Source of the DNA: a virus
Taxonomy: Duplodnaviria; Heunggongvirae; Uroviricota; Caudoviricetes
Reading direction: 5' to 3' (one strand)
DNA: 60,110 bases
Virus record (IMG/VR): IMGVR_UViG_2541047874_000004
This document shows positions 10,008 to 21,225 of the stretch, piece by piece (position 1 is the stretch's first letter; every line of letters begins with the position of its first letter). Made by a program: the position numbers and the translations under genes. The notes under the pieces are model-generated. The model saw nothing but the letters and a program-made list of their open reading frames with translations, was not told where the DNA came from and did not search any database.

Positions 10008-10187
10008 ATGAAAAACGCATTGCAGTTTTTGTTTGTTGCGTTCTGGTTGTTCGCATCATGTATGCCCATCATCTTCACAGCAAGGTATATGGAAAAAGTT
10101 GATGTTTTGATATTAATATTTGGATATATAAATGCCCTTTTTTTAGGGGTGTTCATGGCGGTCATGTGCATTGAATACTGGCGGTAA
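10008..10187 (+). CDS. Small hydrophobic membrane protein (hypothetical)
   Basis: Internal Met of ORF 9969..10187 (MKNALQFLFVAFWLFASCMPIIF...) with two hydrophobic segments; lies in an AT-rich decayed region. Confidence 0.3.
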   Translation: MKNALQFLFVAFWLFASCMPIIFTARYMEKVDVLILIFGYINALFLGVFMAVMCIEYWR

Positions 10188-10440
10188 ATACAGCGAACTC
10201 CATTGGTTTAGTTGGATATTTACTGTGCTGGACAAAAACGGTTTGCGGGGAAATCTTAGTTAAGTAGAATGACTGCGGGTGCTTGAGGCTATCTGCCTCG
10301 GGCATGGACACCAACGGCAGATAGAGAAAAGCCCCAGTTAACATTACGCGTCCTGCAAGACGCTTAACATTAATCTGAGGCCAATTTCATGCTAGACACA
10401 TGTAGGTTAGCCTCTTACGTGCCGAAAGGCACGGAGAAGC

Positions 10441-12005
10441 AGGCTATTGTTAACACCAAGCTGTAATGTCCCCTTTGAACCATTCTAAAATGTCCCCAGA
10501 CAATTCTCTGGGGGATTTTTCATGATCAAAGAGACTGTTACGATGAGTCATAAGGAACTCCACCGACTTCAGATTATTCAGGAACAAGCTGCGGCACGCA
10601 TTGGCATTTCTATTCGGCAGGTTAAACGTCTGGTGCAACGGTATAGAAATGAAGGGCCTTCTGGTCTGGTTTCCCACCGACGTGGAAAGCGTCCTAATAA
10701 TTCCTTTTCTACTGAATTCAGAGCAACAGTAATTTCACTCCTCAAAGGCCGTTACGCTGATTTTGGACCTACGTTTGCGTGCGAAAAATTGCGCGAGATA
10801 CACGGTTTATCTTTATCCGTTGAAACTCTCAGAAAGTGGATGATAGAAGAGGGGTTATGGCGTGAACGCCGTCGTAAAATTGCCCGTATATATCAACGCC
10901 GCATGCGACGACCATCTTACGGTGAACTGATCCAGATTGATGGCTCACCTCATGACTGGTTTGAAAATCGAGGCCCCAGATGTACACTGATCGTTTTCAT
11001 TGATGATGCCACCAGTGCGTTGATGGCGTTGCGTTTTGTGCCTGCTGAAACAACCCGGGCTTACATGGAAACCCTCCGGGGTTACCTTAATGATCATGGC
11101 GTACCGCTCGCTCTCTACTCTGATAGACACAGTATATTCAGGGTAAATAACCCAGAGCGGGAAGGTGAGCTGACCCAGTTCACTCGTGCGATAAAGACAC
11201 TGGGCATCGAGCCAATCCATGCCAACAGCCCGCAGGCAAAAGGGCGGGTAGAGCGCGCCAATCAGACACTACAGGACAGGCTGGTCAAAGAAATGCGGCT
11301 TCAGAATATCAGTGATATTGAAACAGCAAATGCATGGTTGCCGACCTTTATTGAAGCCTATAACAACCGGTTCGCTACGTCGCCTCGTACTACTGATAAT
11401 GCTCATCTTGATGTGCACCATTCTGAAGAGGAACTGGGTTATATCTTCAGCCTACAGGCGAAGCGCGTTCTGTCTAAAAATCTCACTTTCCAGTACAAAA
11501 GCAGTGCGTTTCAGGTACGCAGTGAGGGCCGGGGATATCGACTTAGGCATTCGGTTGTTACTGTATGCGAGAACTTTGACGGTGAAATTAACGTTCTGTA
11601 TGACGGGAAAGCGCTGGGCTGGGAAAAGTATGTTGATGGCCCGGAGCCTATACCACTGGATGATGAAAAGAGTGTCCATGAACGAGTGGATAATGCCCGT
11701 ATTGATTTACGCTCAAAATACTATGTTAAACCTAAAGCTGACCATCCCTGGCTTACGCGCCGAACGCAAAGTCATCAGCAAGTTAAGCCCCCGAAGTTAC
11801 CTAAAAAGAAGCCTGATCCCGATAAAAAAGATTGAAACCAAGATCGATTCGGTTGAGTGCATATCCATTCATAGGGTAGATTCTTAAGTCGCGTTTCTGG
11901 TGTTCATTTTCGGGTGGTTTGTTACTTGTTTTACCGGGGATATGCCAGAAACGCGCTGAGTCAGTCTGGGCGGTGCGCGTAATGAGGCGTTATGGTAAAT
12001 AGCCT
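10441..12005. mobile_element. Putative IS element carrying a DDE transposase; boundaries approximate
   Basis: Transposase ORF flanked by imperfect terminal matches (AGGCTATT at 10441 and its inverse near 12005); interrupts the Qin-like gene order between the replication region and flxA. The boundaries were not verified. Confidence 0.4.
10522..11835 (+). CDS. DDE transposase (integrase-core/rve type, ISNCY/IS481-like)
   Basis: 437-aa ORF with N-terminal HTH and an rve-like core (IQIDGSPHDWF...LIVFIDDATS...YSDRHSIF...GRVERANQTLQDRL). Confidence 0.7.
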   Translation: MIKETVTMSHKELHRLQIIQEQAAARIGISIRQVKRLVQRYRNEGPSGLVSHRRGKRPNNSFSTEFRATVISLLKGRYADFGPTFACEKLREIHGLSLSVETLRKWMIEEGLWRERRRKIARIYQRRMRRPSYGELIQIDGSPHDWFENRGPRCTLIVFIDDATSALMALRFVPAETTRAYMETLRGYLNDHGVPLALYSDRHSIFRVNNPEREGELTQFTRAIKTLGIEPIHANSPQAKGRVERANQTLQDRLVKEMRLQNISDIETANAWLPTFIEAYNNRFATSPRTTDNAHLDVHHSEEELGYIFSLQAKRVLSKNLTFQYKSSAFQVRSEGRGYRLRHSVVTVCENFDGEINVLYDGKALGWEKYVDGPEPIPLDDEKSVHERVDNARIDLRSKYYVKPKADHPWLTRRTQSHQQVKPPKLPKKKPDPDKKD

Positions 12006-12271
12006 ATGCTAATGTCCGCTAAGAGCAAGAAGCGGAAGTTGGCAGTTTTGTGGACTGTCCCCACAAAAGTGACTACAGAAATAGTTGCAATTCATAATTG
12101 ATCATGGGTTGTCAGTTAAACTCGTGGCGATTTAAATAGACTAATTGGGAGTGCGTCCATTACTTATATCTTGTAATGTTAACTATCAGAAATGATACAA
12201 AGATAATATGTCTTTAAAGAAAAGGCTGATGGCGAAAAGTGGCCCGATGAGGGCCACAATACGGCTGTCAC

Positions 12272-12604
12272 TTAGACGTAAATATCAATGGTGCCAGCGG
12301 TATTTGTATCGTCTTTTTTCTCTTCTTTTTTATCAGGCTGAACTGTCGCGTCTTCATTCTTTTTCTCTGCCTGCTGCCTTAACAACTGCTCCAGTTGAGC
12401 CCAGAGGCTTTCAATTTGCTTCTGTACCAATGCAGCCATTTCTTTTTTCTGCTGTGTCGTCATCCCCTCTTCCGATGAGATTTTCCCAAGCTTTTCAGTC
12501 AGCACCTGAATTTGTCTTGTGATTTTGGCTATTTCTGATGTTCCTTCCGGGGCGGAGTTGTTTGAAATAACGGTTGAGGTATTTCCCTGAATTGTGACAG
12601 ACAT
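12272..12604 (-). CDS. flxA: FlxA-like protein
   Basis: 110-aa protein MSVTIQGNTSTVISNNSAPEGTSEIAKITRQIQVLTEKLGK... matches recalled FlxA. Confidence 0.8.
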   Translation of the reverse strand: MSVTIQGNTSTVISNNSAPEGTSEIAKITRQIQVLTEKLGKISSEEGMTTQQKKEMAALVQKQIESLWAQLEQLLRQQAEKKNEDATVQPDKKEEKKDDTNTAGTIDIYV

Positions 12605-12806
12605 AGATTTCTCCTTTTAAAAAAGCACTATCGGCATGCACAAAAAAATCTTTAATCGTATTTCTTGTGTCATTAATTGTTTGATGTTCAGATTGTTTTC
12701 CTCGCGGGCTGGCGCGCCTCAGAAAGTAAAGCTTGTTGACAGGGGTAAACGTTCGGCAATAATTTTCTGCCGCATGCGGGTGTTGCATAAAACGTGTTAC
12801 GTTCCT

Positions 12807-13112
12807 TTATCGACAGGTCAGGTCACCGCTCACCCGCCGACGAGAAAGCAACACTGACATGCTAAAGCAAAAAATAGATGAATAAGTTGAGTTGTGCATA
12901 TGTAGCCTGACCGTCACAAAGTATATGGTGTCTGTACCAGTAAGATGATGGCCGGACTCTTTAAAAACGAGCTGACCTGCACAATACAGGATGGACTTAG
13001 CAATGGCTGCTCCTGGCACAAAGCGGACAGTGATCACCGTTCTTACGACTACTTTCTGACTTCCTTCGTGACTTGCCCTAAGCATGTTGTAGTGCGATAC
13101 TTGTAATGACAT
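12807..13112 (-). CDS. ydfV: YdfV-like hypothetical protein
   Basis: 101-aa ORF in the position and size of Qin ydfV between flxA and relB. Confidence 0.45.
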   Translation of the reverse strand: MSLQVSHYNMLRASHEGSQKVVVRTVITVRFVPGAAIAKSILYCAGQLVFKESGHHLTGTDTIYFVTVRLHMHNSTYSSIFCFSMSVLLSRRRVSGDLTCR

Positions 13113-13136
13113 TTGTAATTACAAGAGGTGTAAGAC

Positions 13137-13376
13137 ATGGGTAGCATTAACCTGCGTATTGACGATGAACTTAAAGCGCGTTCTTACGCCGCGCTTGAAA
13201 AAATGGGTGTAACTCCTTCTGAAGCGCTTCGTCTCATGCTCGAGTATATCGCTGACAATGAACGCTTGCCGTTCAAACAGACACTCCTGAGTGATGAAGA
13301 TGCTGAACTTGTGGAGATAGTGAAAGAACGGCTTCGTAATCCTAAGCCAGTACGTGTGACGCTGGATGAACTCTGA
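13137..13376 (+). CDS. relB: RelB antitoxin
   Basis: 79-aa MGSINLRIDDELKARSYAALEKMGVTPSEALRLMLEYIADNERLPF... matches recalled RelB. Confidence 0.9.
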   Translation: MGSINLRIDDELKARSYAALEKMGVTPSEALRLMLEYIADNERLPFKQTLLSDEDAELVEIVKERLRNPKPVRVTLDEL

Positions 13377-13663
13377 TGGCGTATTTTCTGGATTTTGACG
13401 AGCGGGCACTAAAGGAATGGCGAAAGCTGGGCTCGACGGTACGTGAACAGTTGAAAAAGAAGCTGGTTGAAGTACTTGAGTCACCCCGGATTGAAGCAAA
13501 CAAGCTCCGTGGTATGCCTGATTGTTACAAGATTAAGCTCCGGTCTTCAGGCTATCGCCTTGTATACCAGGTTATAGACGAGAAAGTTGTCGTTTTCGTG
13601 ATTTCTGTTGGGAAAAGAGAACGCTCGGAAGTATATAGCGAGGCGGTCAAACGCATTCTCTGA
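13376..13663 (+). CDS. relE: RelE mRNA-interferase toxin
   Basis: 95-aa MAYFLDFDERALKEWRKLGSTVREQLKKKLVEVLESPRIEANKLRGMPDCYKIKLRSSGYRLVYQV... matches recalled RelE; overlaps relB by 1 nt. Confidence 0.9.
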   Translation: MAYFLDFDERALKEWRKLGSTVREQLKKKLVEVLESPRIEANKLRGMPDCYKIKLRSSGYRLVYQVIDEKVVVFVISVGKRERSEVYSEAVKRIL

Positions 13664-13734
13664 ACCAAAGCATGACATCTCTGTTTCGCACCGAAGGTGA
13701 CACTTCTGCTTTGCGTTGACAGGAGAAGCAGGCT

Positions 13735-13890
13735 ATGAAGCAGCAAAAGGCGATGTTAATCGCCCTGATCGTCATCTGTTTAACCGTCATAGTGACGGCA
13801 CTGGTAACGAGGAAAGACCTCTGCGAGGTACGAATCCGAACCGGCCAGACGGAGGTCGCTGTCTTCACAGCTTACGAACCTGAGGAGTAA
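13735..13890 (+). CDS. hokD: Hok-family membrane toxin HokD (RelF)
   Basis: Hand translation gives MKQQKAMLIALIVICLTVIVTALVTRKDLCEVRIRTGQTEVAVFTAYEPEE (51 aa, below the ORF-track cutoff). Confidence 0.85.
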   Translation: MKQQKAMLIALIVICLTVIVTALVTRKDLCEVRIRTGQTEVAVFTAYEPEE

Positions 13891-13957
13891 GAGACCCGGC
13901 GGGGGAGAAATCCCTCGCCACCTCTGATGTGGCAGGCATCCTCAACGCACCCGCACT

Positions 13958-13990
13958 TAACCCGCTTCGGCGGGTTTTTGTTTTTATTTT
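13958..13990 (+). terminator. Rho-independent terminator downstream of hokD
   Basis: Hairpin CCCGCTTCGGCGGG followed by a T-run. Confidence 0.6.
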
Positions 13991-14106
13991 CAACGCGTTT
14001 GAAGTTCTGGACGGTGCCGGAATAGAATCAAAAATACTTAAGTAGCGCGCAGGGATAAGAGGGATGGTCCCTTAAAGGGGAGAGCTAATTATCCGGAAGG
14101 ATTCTG

Positions 14107-14358
14107 ATGATGAACATCGAAGAACTGCGTAAAATTTTTTGTGAAGATGGCCTCTATGCTGTGTGCGTTGAAAATGGAAATCTTGTTAGTCATTACCGCA
14201 TTATGTGTTTGCGAAAGAATGGGGCTGCGTTAATTAATTTTGTGGATGCTCGGGTCACGGACGGATTTATCTTGCGCGAAGGTGAGTTTGTCACTTCATT
14301 ACAGGCATTGAAAGAGATCGGAATAAAAGCTGGCTTTTCTGCTTTTTCAGGAGAATAA
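14107..14358 (+). CDS. rem: Rem-like protein
   Basis: 83-aa ORF in the Qin rem position. Confidence 0.6.
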   Translation: MMNIEELRKIFCEDGLYAVCVENGNLVSHYRIMCLRKNGAALINFVDARVTDGFILREGEFVTSLQALKEIGIKAGFSAFSGE

Positions 14359-14424
14359 ACTCATCTACAATCTTGCGCGGGGCTGAACTCCCGCTGAGTA
14401 ACACCGTGCCACCGGAGAAAACCG

Positions 14425-14703
14425 ATGGCACGCAATGCAAAATATTACAATTCTGATAATTCGCCCGTTCTTGCCTGCACGCACGGGCGGTATTCTCACG
14501 CATTCAAGTCTGAATGGTTCCAGCACCCTCCATGCACTGCAGAACAGGCCGAATGGCTGATTCATTCTTACCGCAGGCGCGGGTTCGAGGTTAAGAAAGC
14601 TCTCAGTCTCGACTATCGGCACTGGATAATCTCTGTCAGGCTGCCTTATTCCGAACGCCCACCACGTGCGTCCCGCACTTTCCAGCAACGGATCTGGAGG
14701 TAA
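14425..14703 (+). CDS. Hypothetical small protein
   Basis: 92-aa ORF between rem and ydfU; no homology recalled. Confidence 0.3.
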   Translation: MARNAKYYNSDNSPVLACTHGRYSHAFKSEWFQHPPCTAEQAEWLIHSYRRRGFEVKKALSLDYRHWIISVRLPYSERPPRASRTFQQRIWR

Positions 14704-15754
14704 CGTGCGGGTATTACTTAGACCTGTTCTGGTGCCTGAGCTTGGGCTGGTGGTCCTTAAGCCGGGCCGTGAATCCATACAGATATTTCATAATCCTCGA
14801 GTGCTGGTGGAACCGGAACCAAAAAGCATGCGTAATCTGCCATCCGGAGTCGTTCCTGCCGTTCGCCAGCCGCTGGCGGAAGACAAAACATTGCTGCCGT
14901 TTTTTAGTAACGAACGGGTGATTCGTGCTGCTGGCGGCGTTGGCGCATTGTCCGACTGGCTATTACGTCATGTTACATCCTGCCAGTGGCCTAATGGCGA
15001 TTACCATCACACTGAAACAGTCATTCACCGTTATGGTACCGGCGCAATGGTGTTGTGCTGGCACTGCGACAACCAACTGCGTGACCAGACATCGGAATCA
15101 CTGGAGCTGCTTGCTCAACAAAATCTGACAGCATGGGTGATTGACGTCATCCGTCACGCAATAAGCGGTACGCAGGAGCGGGAATTATCTTTGGCTGAAT
15201 TATCCTGGTGGGCGGTCTGCAATCAGGTGGTGGATGCACTACCTGAGGCTGTATCGCGTCGTTCGCTGGGATTACCAGCGGAAAAAATCTGCTCGGTGTA
15301 CCGCGAAAGCGACATCGTACCGGGAGAGCAGACCGCCACCAGCATATTGAAACAACGCACAAAAAATCTTGCACCGTTGCCTTACGCCCACCAGCAACAA
15401 AAATCACCACAGGAAAAGACGGTGGTAAGCATCACCGTTGATCCAGAGTCTCCGGAATCTTTCATGAAGCTGCCTAAACGTCGCCGCTGGGTTAAGGAGA
15501 AATACACACGTTGGGTTAAGACACAGCCGTGTGCTTGCTGCGGTATGCCAGCCGACGATCCGCATCATCTGATTGGTCACGGGCAGGGCGGAATGGGAAC
15601 AAAAGCACATGATCTCTTTGTGTTGCCTTTGTGCAGAAAGCATCACAACGAGCTGCATACGGATACAGTGGCATTTGAAGATAAGTATGGCTCCCAACTG
15701 GAGCTGATATTTCGTTTTATCGATCGCGCGCTGGCAATTGGCGTACTGGCGTAA
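14666..15754 (+). CDS. ydfU: YdfU-like DUF968 protein with HNH-like zinc-binding motif
   Basis: C-terminal CACCGMPADDPHHLIGHGQGGMGTKAHDLFVLPLCRKHHNELH; position upstream of Q as in Qin; start uncertain. Confidence 0.65.
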   Translation: MRPALSSNGSGGNVRVLLRPVLVPELGLVVLKPGRESIQIFHNPRVLVEPEPKSMRNLPSGVVPAVRQPLAEDKTLLPFFSNERVIRAAGGVGALSDWLLRHVTSCQWPNGDYHHTETVIHRYGTGAMVLCWHCDNQLRDQTSESLELLAQQNLTAWVIDVIRHAISGTQERELSLAELSWWAVCNQVVDALPEAVSRRSLGLPAEKICSVYRESDIVPGEQTATSILKQRTKNLAPLPYAHQQQKSPQEKTVVSITVDPESPESFMKLPKRRRWVKEKYTRWVKTQPCACCGMPADDPHHLIGHGQGGMGTKAHDLFVLPLCRKHHNELHTDTVAFEDKYGSQLELIFRFIDRALAIGVLA

Positions 15755-15767
15755 GTGGAGAACGAGC

Positions 15768-16520
15768 ATGAACCTTGAAGCCTTACCAAAATATTACTCC
15801 CCAAAATCTCCAAAATTGAGCGATGACGCTCCAGCGACAGGCACCGGTTGTTTAACAATTACGGATGTAATGGCAGCGCAGGGGATGGTGCAGTCGAAAG
15901 CACCACTTGGGTTGGCCTTATTTCTGGCAAAAGTTGGTGTTCAGGACCCTCAGTTTGCGATTGAAGGCCTGCTAAATTACGCGATGGCACTGGATAACCC
16001 GACATTGAACAAATTGAGTGAAGAAATCCGGTTACAGATTATTCCTTACCTCGTGAGTTTTGCCTTTGCTGATTACTCCAGGTCTGCGGCAAGTAAGGCT
16101 CGCTGTGAGCATTGTTCAGGTACGGGATTTTATAATGTATTGCGCGAAGTGGTGAAACACTACAGACGCGGGGAATCTGTAATCAAGGAAGAATGGGTGA
16201 AGGAACTATGTCAGCATTGCCATGGTAAGGGCGAAGCCAGCACAGCGTGCAGAGGGTGTAAGGGTAAAGGGATTGTTCTGGATGAAAAAAGAACCCGGTT
16301 TCATGGCGTACCGGTATATAAGATTTGTGGGCGTTGTAATGGAAACCGGTTTAGTCGTTTACCGACCACGCTGGCACGACGTCATGTCCAGAAGCTGGTA
16401 CCAGACCTGACCGATTATCAGTGGTATAAGGGGTATGCGGACGTCATTGGTAAACTGGTAACAAAGTGCTGGCAGGAAGAAGCATACGCGGAAGCGCAAT
16501 TGAGGAAGGTGACGAGATAA
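15768..16520 (+). CDS. quuQ: Late-gene antiterminator Q (phage 82 Q-like)
   Basis: 250 aa from the internal Met MNLEALPKYYSPK...; Cys/His-rich zinc motif CEHCSGTGF...CQHCHGKGEASTACRGCKGKG; located upstream of the lysis cassette. Confidence 0.75.
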   Translation: MNLEALPKYYSPKSPKLSDDAPATGTGCLTITDVMAAQGMVQSKAPLGLALFLAKVGVQDPQFAIEGLLNYAMALDNPTLNKLSEEIRLQIIPYLVSFAFADYSRSAASKARCEHCSGTGFYNVLREVVKHYRRGESVIKEEWVKELCQHCHGKGEASTACRGCKGKGIVLDEKRTRFHGVPVYKICGRCNGNRFSRLPTTLARRHVQKLVPDLTDYQWYKGYADVIGKLVTKCWQEEAYAEAQLRKVTR

Positions 16521-16625
16521 ATGATTTTTGCTGAAGATGGCGACATGATGTTTGCATTTTTCAAAAAATATGGATAAAATTTTTTCAACGATGGGCTTTG
16601 TATACCCGACGTTAAGAAAAAGTAG

Positions 16626-16655
16626 AAAACCCGCTGATGAGCGGGTTTTGTGCTT
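16626..16655 (+). terminator. tR'-like terminator downstream of Q (Q-dependent late promoter region expected just upstream)
   Basis: Hairpin AAACCCGCTGATGAGCGGGTTTTG about 100 bp after the Q stop; analogy to lambda pR'/tR'. Confidence 0.5.
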
Positions 16656-16941
16656 TAAATGGGGCAATGGTAATGTTGAATCTCATCCCGGGACTCATGT
16701 CTGTTAACTTATTATTTAGCTGGTGACTTGGTTATTTGCCTGATGTTTAAAATGTTTTCTTCCAGTACAATGTCCCTAAACACAATGAGTCTGCTTATTA
16801 TATTATTAGCAGAGCTATTACGGCCAAAGTACAGCATAAGCTTTTAAAGCCAATCAACCAGTCATCAAGACAGACGGGGTTATTCATAAAAACTCTCCAT
16901 GTGTGATCCGATGGGGCCTGAAATTAAAGCTTTAATATAGC

Positions 16942-17154
16942 TCATGAAAGGTAAACATTGGCAGCTGAAGGGCCACGCAGACCATTTATCCGGCAAAATT
17001 CCACGCGTAATCCGGTGGTAATTTCTTCTGCATCGCGGAGATTGAGCGCTGAAACATGAAGCTGGACATCGATACGACCATCGGATGGGGTGATAAGACC
17101 CTTGCCGCTTTTGCCGTCAAAGGTTTTGACAATTCCTGTCATTTTACGGGACAA
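16942..17154 (-). CDS. cspF: Cold-shock-like protein CspF
   Basis: 70-aa [70 protein letters not shown]. Confidence 0.9.
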
Positions 17155-17454
17155 AAAAATTCCTTAATACTGATAACTTGGCGCACTATACACACGTTCC
17201 TGAAGAAAGCTATAGTTTTTTGATGGGGTTGAAGATGGCTGGATGTCTAAAATAAACATTGCTTCATATGTTCAACTATGCGTTAATGATTGCGTCGGTT
17301 TGAAGAACAGACGATATACGAAGTAGTTTACTAAAGCAGTTCTCATTTCAGGTGTTATTCACTTATTCCTTCTTTGAGTCTCTCCAATTAAGTACGAAGT
17401 CGTTTCTGTTATGCAAACCATTTATGCCGAAAGGCTCAAGTTAAGGAATGTAGA

Positions 17455-17670
17455 ATGTCAAATAAAATGACTGGTTTAGTAAAATGGTTTAACGCTGATA
17501 AAGGTTTCGGCTTTATTTCTCCTGTTGATGGTAGTAAAGATGTGTTTGTGCATTTTTCTGCGATTCAGAATGATAATTATCGAACCTTATTTGAAGGTCA
17601 AAAGGTTACCTTCTCTATAGAGAGTGGTGCTAAAGGTCCTGCAGCAGCAAATGTCATCATTACTGATTAA
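17455..17670 (+). CDS. cspB: Cold-shock protein CspB
   Basis: 71-aa [71 protein letters not shown]. Confidence 0.9.
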   Translation: MSNKMTGLVKWFNADKGFGFISPVDGSKDVFVHFSAIQNDNYRTLFEGQKVTFSIESGAKGPAAANVIITD

Positions 17671-17951
17671 AATTCATCGCTCGTCTGTATACGATAACGA
17701 AGAAGGCTGATGCCTGAGTAGAGATACGGACAGAGTAGTGAATATTGGATCTCTTTAATAAAAAGTAAGGAGGTCCAATACATGAAACAATGGCTAGCAT
17801 ATTTGGCAAAATCTTAATCAGGAAAAGTATGCTAACCATTGTGGTGAAGTGCAGGTTTGCTGCATGAATAGTTTTACAGCAGAAGCTAACTGCTGGCATG
17901 GCAAAACAAAGTGCGTAAGTGGATGACTCCCACAAAAAGCACCACAATCTC

Positions 17952-17975
17952 AAACCCGCTCAGGCGGGTTTTTTA
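17952..17975 (+). terminator. Rho-independent terminator after cspB
   Basis: Hairpin AAACCCGCTCAGGCGGGTTTTTT. Confidence 0.6.
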
Positions 17976-18033
17976 TTATCTGCTTTAAATATATTATTAA
18001 AATATAAAAAATACTTGTTACTAATAAAATCAA

Positions 18034-18204
18034 TCAGGCTACAGCTTTAAGATTTGTCTGGAATACTTTGTTGCAATGAGGGCAGATCAAAAGGGCACCT
18101 TTTTGTACTCTTGAAAAACTGTGTTCTGACTCTTGGGTGCAGTTTGGGCAGGAACATTTAACGAGATAATTACGGCGTGATTTTGAGTTTTTACGTTCTG
18201 ACAT
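18034..18204 (-). CDS. Small zinc-ribbon protein (hypothetical)
   Basis: Internal Met MSERKNSKSRRNYLVKCSCPNCTQESEHSFSRVQKGALLICPHCNKVF with two CxxC pairs. Confidence 0.4.
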   Translation of the reverse strand: MSERKNSKSRRNYLVKCSCPNCTQESEHSFSRVQKGALLICPHCNKVFQTNLKAVA

Positions 18205-18423
18205 AGGCTTTTCCTGTATAAATGGCCGTATACAGTACACTAAATATGAAAACATTTCTCGTATTATTATTTTATATATGACTTTCTTTCAAAATAATTA
18301 CCCACATTTTTAATGTGTATGTTTTTTTAGCGCCGTTGAGAACAACGTGTGCTGTCAAAACTACCCCGTAGACTCCGATCTTTTCAAACATATTGCACCA
18401 TCCGTGTACATCGGGGTGAGGAT

Positions 18424-18639
18424 ATGAAATCAATGGATAAGTTAACAACAGGTGTTGCCTATGGCACATCGGCGGGTAATGCTGGTTTCTGGGCATTGCA
18501 GTTACTCGATAAAGTAACTCCGTCACAGTGGGCTGCAATCGGTGTGCTGGGTAGCCTGGTTTTTGGCCTGCTGACGTATCTGACAAATCTTTATTTCAAG
18601 ATTAAAGAAGACAGGCGTAAGGCTGCGAGAGGAGAGTAA
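18424..18639 (+). CDS. essQ: Phage holin (phage 21 S-like)
   Basis: 71 aa from [28 protein letters not shown]... with transmembrane segments; first gene of the lysis cassette. Confidence 0.8.
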   Translation: MKSMDKLTTGVAYGTSAGNAGFWALQLLDKVTPSQWAAIGVLGSLVFGLLTYLTNLYFKIKEDRRKAARGE

Positions 18640-18643
18640 TCCA

Positions 18644-18951
18644 ATGACTCAAGACTATGAACTGGTTGTGAAAGGAGTCCGTAATTTTGAGAATAAAGTT
18701 ACGGTAACTGTAGCCTTACAGGACAAAGAACGCTTTGACGGTGAAATTTTTGACCTGGATGTCGCCATGGACCGTGTTGAAGGAGCTGCGCTGGAGTTTT
18801 ATGAGGCAGCAGCCAGAAGGAGCGTCCGGCAAGTCTTCCTGGAAGTAGCAGAAAAATTGTCAGAAAAAGTTGAGTCTTATCTGCAGCATCAGTACTCCTT
18901 TAAGATTGAAAATCCTGCCAATAAGCACGAGCGTCCTCATCATAAATATCT

Positions 18952-18955
<4 letters not shown>
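18644..18955 (+). CDS. ydfR: YdfR-like protein
   Basis: 103-aa ORF between holin and endolysin as in Qin. Confidence 0.6.
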
Positions 18956-19979
<1,024 letters not shown>

Positions 19980-20341
19980 GGTAATATTAAATCGGAACAT
20001 TTACATCGCGGAATGTAAAATTTAAATAAAAAGGACTCTTCCATGAGCCAAAATTCCTGAAATCTTAAGGGTAAGATAAAAGGTCTTAATCAGAATGACA
20101 CGTTTTATTAATAAATAAAACTATTCTTTCATTGCTGTGTTTTTCTTTACAAAAGTAATCCTTGCTATGGGTGGTTAATCATGCGTTAATGGTGTTCTGG
20201 TTTGTTACAAATTTATCTGAAGCAGTCATTGTTATAATTTTATTATTTGTACCTCTTGAGATTTCCTTGTTGGTTTTTCTCTCTGATATTTTTTTTCGGA
20301 CCATTCTGCCCAAGGGCTAATTTCTTCAAAAGGTAATAATT

Positions 20342-20554
20342 ATGTCTAACAAAATGACTGGTTTAGTGAAATGGTTTAACCCTGAAAAAGGTTTTGGTTT
20401 CATCACGCCGAAAGATGGCAGCAAAGATGTGTTTGTCCATTTCTCAGCAATTCAGAGCAACGATTTCAAAACATTAACTGAGAATCAGGAAGTTGAATTT
20501 GGTATTGAGAACGGACCTAAAGGTCCTGCCGCTGTTCATGTAGTGGCGCTTTGA
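20342..20554 (+). CDS. cspI: Cold-shock-like protein CspI
   Basis: 70-aa [70 protein letters not shown]. Confidence 0.9.
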   Translation: MSNKMTGLVKWFNPEKGFGFITPKDGSKDVFVHFSAIQSNDFKTLTENQEVEFGIENGPKGPAAVHVVAL

Positions 20555-20825
20555 GGTAGACAATATTACAAACCATATTCACTTTAGATGCCCGTGTTGT
20601 CATGGTTCCCAGTATAGAACATCATCTTTTGATGTTTCTGACATGAATCCTTTCGGGGCAAAATGTATCTTTTGTAAATCAATGATGATTACATTTGATA
20701 ATATTTCACAATACTTAAATGCCAGCCGTCTGTCGTTGGATTTAAAAAAGTGAAAATGAAGGCTCCTTCGGGAGCTTTTTTGCTTGGTGTCTATTCGATG
20801 GATACTCACATACTACGGTAACATC

Positions 20826-21056
20826 ATGAAAAAAATCATAGTTTTTTTTAACTCTGAACCAGCAGTGGTAGTGCCAGCGATGACTGGAGTTAACACCATC
20901 ATGCGTGAATATCCAAATGGCGAAAAAACACACCTTACTGTAATGGCCGCAGGGTTTCCATCTCTGACCGGAGATCATAAAGTCATTTATGTAGCCGCGG
21001 ATCGACATGTTACTTCAGAAGAAATTCTGGAAGCAGCAATAAGGCTCTTGAGTTGA
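20826..21056 (+). CDS. Hypothetical protein
   Basis: Internal Met MKKIIVFFNSEPAVVVPAMTG... of ORF 20784..21056; preceded by a terminator-like hairpin (GGCTCCTTCGGGAGCTTTTTT, 20761..20783). Confidence 0.4.
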   Translation: MKKIIVFFNSEPAVVVPAMTGVNTIMREYPNGEKTHLTVMAAGFPSLTGDHKVIYVAADRHVTSEEILEAAIRLLS

Positions 21057-21225
21057 TTTGATGCTATTGCATTGATAATTCAGGAAAATTCTCTTTGTCT
21101 GTTTGTGTAAAATTTAGACTATCGTATGTTGATTATTGCGATGTTTCATCTTATCTTTTACACGTTTGCACCATATAATCGACTTACTGTGTAACTGGAA
21201 AGTCATAACAGACTAAAAGAGGAAA

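Noticed and set aside
13552-13868. Minus-strand ORFs 13552..13746 and 13647..13868
   Set aside because: They overlap relE and hokD on the opposite strand; the plus-strand genes match recalled toxins.
16521-16941. Searched the Q-to-lysis interval for tRNA genes, which are common in some lambdoid prophages
   Set aside because: No cloverleaf-compatible sequence recognised; only a terminator hairpin and AT-rich DNA.
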